Source of the DNA: the human T2T-CHM13v2.0 reference genome, Homo sapiens
Reading direction: 5' to 3' (one strand)
Length of the DNA: 64,000 bases
Assembly: GCF_009914755.1 (NCBI RefSeq)
Contig: NC_060930.1
The first letter of the stretch is position 1; each line of letters begins with the position of its first letter. Positions 53,440 through 64,000 of the stretch are shown here, in pieces. Both the position numbers and the translations under genes were made by a program. The notes below the pieces were generated by a model. It ran no database searches. It worked only from the letters and a program-made list of their open reading frames with translations, and was not told the DNA's origin.

Positions 53440-54019
53440 ATAGAGTTGTTTGCCTGACTGTCCAGAGTCATCTGACTTGTCTATAGAGATCTGAATGTGC
53501 CTGAGAACCTATGGTCAAAAATCCATATCAAATATTTATATCATTTTGGGGAAAAGTTTCTTGATTGAGTTAGTTTTCTTCAGTCATTTAAATGCTTTGG
53601 TTGCTATTTCCAGGCTTATTCACCATGAAACAAAAGCCACATTATTATTTCTTAATCTGATTTCACTAAACTTGTGAAAAATCCAAGGATAGGGACAGTG
53701 TCTGGTGTGTTGCCATTAAGCCTCAGCATCATTAAAAGAACATGCATTATTACAGAACCATGGAATCACTGTTCTTCCATAAAGATTTGGAAAGTGTCTT
53801 AGAGACTGGCAATTTCCAAAGTATATTCCTGGAGACAAACTATTGCATGAAGGTGTCTCAGGATGACTGCAAGTGTGATGAAAAAAGAGAGAGGCTTTTT
53901 CTCTGCCACCACCCACATATTGCCACTAAAAGCAACTTATTTTTATTCATTTTATGTTTGGAGGAACTGCATACATTTTTGTTTAAATAAACAAGGCTAT
54001 TAAAATCCCTGTCTACACA

Positions 54020-55200
54020 TCTTCACCACCCACTTTCCCCTTAATCCACTCCACACAGGCTGTCATAGTCCTTGCACCACTGAATTCATTCATATAATGA
54101 TCATCAACTCCATCTTGGAAAAACCAACATTCAATTTCTGTCCTCATCACAACTTCCTCTTTTAACATCACTTGACACAGAGAGACCCTCCCTCATTCTT
54201 CCCAGCTTGACTTTAAACTTGGCTTCTGTCTTTGGGTTCCAGAACCCCACACATTCTCAAGTCTATTCTGCTGACCCCTTCTCCTCTTCCAGAGATCTGA
54301 ATATGCCGGCACCTCAGACCAACTCTTAGTATACCATTCACTTACTCTCTTCCTGAGGAATCAGATCAGTTCCCATGGCATTAAATTGAATATAGGTTGA
54401 AAACTCCCAAATTTGTATTTTCAAATTGAACCTCTCCCCTGAGCTCCAGTCTTCTTAATCCAGTTTACCAGTCAACATCTCTGCTTAGATGATGAATTAG
54501 CCTCTCAAATGTAATATGTCTAAAAACAATTATTTACCAGTTTGCCTACATTAATCCATTCTTCCTCAACCTGTTTATTTCTAAATACTCCCCAACTCTT
54601 ATTTATTCTGTTTCTTAGATAAAAAATCTGGCAGTCATGGTTGACTTCTCACTTTTCCTCTTCTTCGTATCCTGTCAGCCCCACATTTAACATCTATTCT
54701 GAATCTGAACTGACAATCTTTCATCATTTCTACATCTCAATCCTATACCAAACAACCGTGAGCTGTTTCATGGATTCCTGAAACCATTAAAATGGACCTG
54801 TTCTACTGTTGCTTTTAAGACTACATGCCAAGAGCTGCTAAAATATTTGCTTTATAATGTAGATTACATCAAGCTCTACTAAAAGGTTCAATGATTTTTC
54901 TCTGTATCTTAACAAAATAAAATCTAAAGCCTTACTGTGATCTGACTCTGGTCTCAGCTATTACCAGTCTTCATTCTCTGGTTTCCAGGATTACAGATTT
55001 CTTTTTGCTTTGAAATGCTGAGCACATTTTATACAAGCTCTCTTCCCTTTGCTTGAACCGCTCTTCCCCCATATCTTTAAATTATTAGTTTCATCTTGCC
55101 ATGAGGATTTTTCACAACTTCCCTGGCTATCCATGATAAAGTCTCCACCCTCCAGCTCTTTCTAGCATTTTATATTTTCCTCAGAGCACATGTCATTATT
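54020..55200 (+). mobile_element. L2 body (a further piece at about 55800-55985)
   Basis: aaactcccaaatttgtattt...ctctcccctgagctccag...ctctcaaatgtaatatgtctaaaa...aaataaaatctaaagcctta. Confidence 0.75.
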
Positions 55201-55255
55201 TGCATTTGTCTATTTTTAAATTTGTCAATGTTTTTATTTTTTGTATTGAGCAGCT

Positions 55256-55309
55256 TCTCTCTCGCTCGCTCGCTCTCACACATACACACACACAAACACA
55301 CACACACAC
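55256..55309. repeat. (CT/CTCG)n(CA)n microsatellite
   Basis: Direct. Confidence 0.85.
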
Positions 55310-55467
55310 TTTTTCTCATTTGGCATTTCTTTGCCTCTTCTTTTTCGGGAATAGAAAGCCAAATTCTTCCTATTTTCTAGAGCAGAGTAATTCTATTCTC
55401 TGTAACCTCTACCTTGACTTGGGACTCATAAAATATTATAATTACCCTTTATAAAGAGTCTGCTGCT

Positions 55468-55628
55468 TCTCCTAGCACTGTGCTACATGTTTTCTTCGCC
55501 TTGTCCTTTGATCCTCATGACTATTCCAAAATTAGTGCTCTTATAATCATCATATTACAGACAGGAGACTGTGACTTAGACAAGGACAGGAACTTTTCCA
55601 TGGTCACACAGCTAGCCAGTGGCAAAGT
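55468..55628 (-). mobile_element. MIR
   Basis: gcactgtgcta...tttgatcctcatgac...ttacagacaggagactg...ggtcacacagctag. Confidence 0.7.
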
Positions 55629-56702
55629 AACTACATATGGCACTGCCATCACTCCTTTCTCATTACCGCCTCTGCACCTCAGTGTGATTAATAACTTTAG
55701 GTTCTGATTTTTCTGGAAGGAAGGTATCTTTTTATCTGATTAAGAGAGATCATTGTCACAGGTGAATGCCTAGATTTAGCCCTTCTAAGGCATATATTGA
55801 TTTTAAGTGCTATGTCCTTCAGCAAGAAGATTGTCCTCTGCCCGCTCCACTCTAACTCCCCAGAGCCTACTCAACATACTTCCATTTTGACCTACTGCAG
55901 TACTAAAATAATTAGAATGAGCAAACCAACACCCAACTTTGGAAGTCTCAAGGCCTGGAACTATGTGTTGTTTCTCTATTAAATCCATTATAAAGCCAGA
56001 TCCTATTCTATAGGCTTTGGAGAAAAAAAACAAGCAGACAAACAGGAAATAACCTTTTATGAGTAACAAACATTGCTTAATTTTGCATAGAGGAACCACC
56101 ATATTGTATCTCAAGTATTATTCTCAATTCAATTTCTAAACTTATAATAGTTCTTAGATATTTTTACCTCTTTAAAATCCCTCTTGTTCTGATACTGTAC
56201 TTAATTTTTTAAAGGTAATTACTATATCCACTTGAGATCAGAGCACTTGGTAAAGTATTTCTCAGTACTATTTTGATGTTCTGTTAATTAAGTCTCAGGT
56301 CCATATGGAAATAAAATGGTTTTCTAATATATGTATTTTTTTCTATTTAATTTTTATTAAACAGAATATACATTAGACAGCTTAATCATTCTTAGTAATA
56401 TTTTAGATTCTAAATTTAAGATAGATATAATTCATGTTTCATCAAATTCTATTTTACAAATAGCTTCGCCAATAGGCCTAAAATATTTGCTGAGTATACA
56501 AATGGTAGTAGTTAGTTCTAAGCTCTTTCTTTTTATGATTTAATTAATTTTAGGTAGAAATCCTCTCCTTGCTCTGTATGAGTAACTCTCATAGCCCATT
56601 TTGTTTAAAATAGAGACACAACAGACATAATTGCTTGTACTGATATTATATCTTTTAATACAGATAGGTAAAACTTTATAAGTTGCTTAACTGATGCTCT
56701 CA

Positions 56703-57016
<314 letters not shown>

Positions 57017-58099
57017 GTAAGAAATTATTTTTTGTTTCTGATAAAAAAATAAGTCATTTAAAAAATTTACCTCCTTGCTTCCTCTGCTTATCATATAGAA
57101 ATGGTAGGTGTTTTCCCTTCCTCACTCTCCTGCCTCCTCCATTGATTTCTCTTTCCTGTGAGCCAGCCTCTTTTACTCTGCTTGGAGCTGAGGTGCATCT
57201 TTGAAAGCCTGCAGGTGTAGTAGTGATGCTAATGGTGGCAGTAGATTCGTCGGGGGTATCCGTTAGATTCCAAGAAAGACTCTATGTAAAGGATAGGCAG
57301 GGATCTCCATTTGTCAATATGATCTGGGTGTATTTACATAAATTTGCAAATACATTTATGTACACTGGATTACCATCTTTAAGTATGACAGATTATTGGG
57401 AATGAGAAAAGGTACTGACTGTCAATGCCACCAACAATGGATTCTGAGTCAAAATAATCTGGAGGAAGACCTGGGCTGTCTAGATTCTCCTGGATTCATG
57501 GTATATTTGTATGCTTTTGGATATATTTAGCATACTGCCTGAATATGGTAGGCATTCAGAAAATGTTTTTAGACTGTTTTAGAATTCTATTTGTGTGACT
57601 CGTTTTTATCATCAAAGCAGTAAACTGGCAGCTCTTAATATTATTTAAGAGTGGAGAAAGAAAGGAATGAGAACAAGAAGGTGGAAATAGTGATCACCTT
57701 AGAAGGGATGTTTGCCCTTCACCATCCTTAACTGCATTCTTCAAACTTCAGATGTGCTAGTGACGCTTAGGAAGGAAGGGACACAGATTTGGACAGGTTT
57801 CCAAAATCCGTGGGGTAGTTTTCAGTGCCCATGCTTGCCCAGCCAATTTGGCAGTTGGCAGAAAATCTGCTCACCTTCAAAGGAACCTACACTGGAAAGT
57901 GCCAGTGATTTCATACACAAAGTCAGCTGGTTAGAATTACACTTAGCTTGCATTCAGAACCCAGAAGTAAGTTTCACAGAAATCGCACTAAGCATTCCCA
58001 GAAGGACTTCTAAAGTAAAAAAGAACTGAGCATTTAATGTCAGCATCTATTAAATGAAGTAGGCTTTTTATTTTTTTAAAGGTCAAAGTATAGATTATA

Positions 58100-58250
58100 G
58101 ATGAGTTTAACTCCTGGCTCTGCCCCCAACTTCCTCTACTACTTTGATCAAGACCCTTGACTCTGGGGAGCCTCAGTTTCCTCATCACTATAGTAAGGTG
58201 GTTAAATTAAATTATCTTTAAGAGTTCTTTCCAATTCCAGCATGTGATTC
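58100..58250 (+). mobile_element. MIR (MIR3/MIRc-like)
   Basis: cctggctctgcc...gagcctcagtttcctcatc...ttctttccaattcc. Confidence 0.65.
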
Positions 58251-58744
58251 ATCCTAAACATCAGGTTTAAAAGTTTCTAATAGACTGACTTTGCCTAGGG
58301 AATAAAAATATTCTCTCATGGCCCTATAGCTGTGCAATACAGAAGTTACCCTGTGAGTCTTTTAAATGTTACATGATCTGTGCTGAACCCATCAGAAAAT
58401 ACATCTTAAAATACACATCTCTAATGCTAAGAATGACTTGGAGAAATTTTTGTTTTATTTTTAATTGTAACTTTTTAAAAACACTCAATTTATCAAGTTG
58501 ATTATATTATAATTACTAATAATAGTATTTCTAATCTGTGTCTAATCTGTATCTAGTTATGGAAGAAAAATTTTCTCTTTTTTTCTTCCACATTAGTCAT
58601 TGAGTTTTTTCACCAAGCTGCTTGGTAGGATGACAGCAATGTAAGAAAATTAACAATGGTTTTACCACCTTTTGTAAATGAAATATTTAAAGCAGCTAAA
58701 AGAAAGTAGCGATTACTTAAGAAGTAAGAGGAAAAATATTAATC

Positions 58745-61670
<2,926 letters not shown>

Positions 61671-62443
61671 TGTAATGCAAATCACATGCAAACCAACACT
61701 GCTTAGAAAATTGAGATTTAAAAAGTAGAATTTTTGGTATACATTTTCTGTCATTTAAATTTATTATTCCTTACTTGGAATTTAAGTCATCTCTAAAATT
61801 GTACCATCTTAGAAATAGTAGCAGCCATTTGATGGGTGCTTATAGCTATCTTTGTTCTATGACATTATAAGTAATGTAGAAACACAATTCACTTCTAGTC
61901 ATGTAAATCCTATTGTAAAAGATACCTCAAGAAATAATTTTAAATGAAAATTGCTGCCGTAAGTCTTGAGAGTAATTAACAATGGGATTATATAAAATGA
62001 GTCAATATATGATAATGATGTTCCACCTCTACTTTTTATACCGTTATATATTTAAACTTACATGTATAGAATTTAATTTATAAAACACCCATGTGCTCAC
62101 TATCTAGGTTAAGGAGATGTTATATTTTGCATGTTGGCTTCAGCTGACTTGTTTCCTCTCTCTCCCACGTACAGTAGAGTCTCTCAATATTTACCACCAC
62201 AATTTCATTTCTTTCCTCCATCTTCTCATAAATGTTTTTATTTTTAAACTGCATACATACGTATATAGAAACTATAGAGTTTTGTGTGTTTAATACTTTT
62301 ATAAATCATTTTATATATGTGTCATTTTCCAGCTTATTTCCCTCAAAATTATATATGCATTTAAGACAGCTTTAGCTCTAATTTATTAATTTTAATTGTT
62401 TTATAGTAATAAATGAATACACGAAGATGCATTGTTAACCCTC

Positions 62444-63183
62444 AGTATTAGCTTGCTAAGGCTACCATAACAAAGTGACATAGACTGTATGACTTAAACA
62501 ATGAACATTTATTTTTTACAGTTCTAGAAGCTGGAAGTCTGATGTTAAGGTGCCAGCAGGTTTCTTCTGAGGCATCTTTTCTTGGCGTGTAGATGACATT
62601 TGTCTTAGTTCAGGCTGCTATAACAAAGTACCACAGGCTTGTTGGTTTATAAACAACAGATATTTATTTCTCACTGTTCTGGGGGCTAGAAGTCCAATAT
62701 CAGGGTGCTAACATGTTTGAGTTCTTGTGAGGGTGATTTTCCAGGCTACAGACAGACGTCTTCTCATATTCTTACGTGGTGGAAATAGGAGGGACCTCTC
62801 TAGCTTCCTTTTGTAAGGACATTAATTCCATTAACGAGGGCCTCACCTTGGTGACCTAATCAGCTCTCAAAGGCCCTACCTCATAACACCATCATATTGG
62901 GGGTTAGGATTTCAACAAATGAATTTTGGGGAAACACAAATATTCAGTTCATTGTAGCCATCATCTCACTGTGTCTTCACATGGTCTTCCCTTGGTACAC
63001 CTCTGTGTTCAAATTTCTCCCTCTTGTAAGAACTCTAGTCATACTGAATTAGGCCCACTGTAATTACCTACTTTTTACTTAAATACTTCTTTAAAGACTG
63101 TCTCCAAACATAGTCACATTCTGAAATACTGGGAGTCAGGAGTTTGACATGAATTTTGGGGGTACAAAATTCAGCCCATAACA
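62444..63183 (-). mobile_element. MLT1B-like LTR with a nested MLT1A
   Basis: gtattagcttgctaaggctaccataacaaagt...tgtagatg resumes as gccatc...tgtgtcttcacatggtcttccc...aattcagcccataaca. Confidence 0.85.
62601..62956 (-). mobile_element. MLT1A/A0-like LTR
   Basis: tgtcttagttcaggctgctataacaaagtaccac...ggggttaggatttcaacaaatgaattttgggg...attcagttcattgta; near-TSD gacat/gccat. Confidence 0.85.
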
Positions 63184-64000
63184 TCCTGTTAATAAATATT
63201 TTTATTCTTTCCAAAGTTTTGTTTTTAAAAACTATGGCTGCTATAAAATTCCTGTTAAGATATCCTTGTGGTTGAGGATTTCTCTAGGGTATATACATAG
63301 AAGTGATATTCTTGTTCATAGCTTAGGCTTATCTTCTCATCACTAATTTTTACCAAATTTCTTCGATGAGGTCATGACAATTTTTTCTTCACCAGTAACA
63401 CATGAAAATTCCTGTGTGTTGCTACACATTTTCACCAACACTTAGTATTATCAAGCTTTTTATGTTTTGCTCAATTTGATAGAGTGACAACTTGTTTTAA
63501 TTTTTATTTGTTTACTAACAAATTTAAGAATTTTTTAGCCATGCAGTTGTTATTATCCTTTTAGTTTTCGTATCTCTGAATTGTCTCTTAATATCCTGTT
63601 TTCCTTTTTTTTTTCCTTATTGATTTGGAAGACCTTGTGAACTATTTTATATCATTAGTTATTTTTGTTTGCAAATATTTTCTTCAAGTTTGTGAAATTT
63701 ATGTATTTTTATTGTTAAATACTTACATTTATTGAATAAAATAAATAAATATTTGGTCGTTTTCTCCTAATCTCAATCTGCCAGTTTTTTTTTCTCTTCT
63801 CTTTTTCTCAAGATGTTATCTGAAGAGGTCCCAGGGATAATGTTTTGAAAAGTACTACGTAAAATTATTTCTAAGTTATCTCTGAAGTATCTCAATTAAT
63901 TTTTTAATAAACAAAATGTTATTAATAAACATTAAAAGTTATTTTATTATTAAAATATACTTTGGTTCAATAATATCTCTTCTATATAAAATTTAATTGA

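Larger units (their letters stand above)
62030..63780 (-). mobile_element. L1ME-type 3' region, split by MLT1 LTRs
   Basis: aacacccatgtgctcactatctaggttaag...ggatttctctagggtatatacatagaagtga...ttcaccaacacttagtattatcaagc. Confidence 0.65.

Overview
AT-rich primate (human or great-ape-like) genomic DNA, dominated by transposable-element fossils and most consistent with an intergenic region or large intron. I found no recognisable host protein-coding gene, RNA gene or CRISPR array. The recognisable ORFs in the track come from Alu, L1 ORF2, Tigger transposases and a GC-rich MER52-type LTR. Repeat subfamily names are from my recall of consensus sequences, not from a search. Main elements: six Alus, a 4.8-kb L1PA7/8-like element inside a Zaphod-like hAT fossil, a near full-length Tigger4, a MER44/Tigger7 element, many MaLR/ERV solo LTRs, and L2/MIR/old L1 remnants. 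The most unusual features visible in the sequence are (i) a young L1PA2-like 3' end inserted into an older L1 exactly in register, giving a chimeric L1 with a duplicated 3' end, (ii) a 34-nt micro-L1 with a perfect 14-bp TSD in the same host, (iii) a double-hairpin template-switch scar in another L1, (iv) an Alu body and a complementary Alu tail 4.9 kb apart, and (v) a possible composite MER52/MLT1B LTR promoter followed by splice signals. I see no evidence for a new multi-gene biological system.
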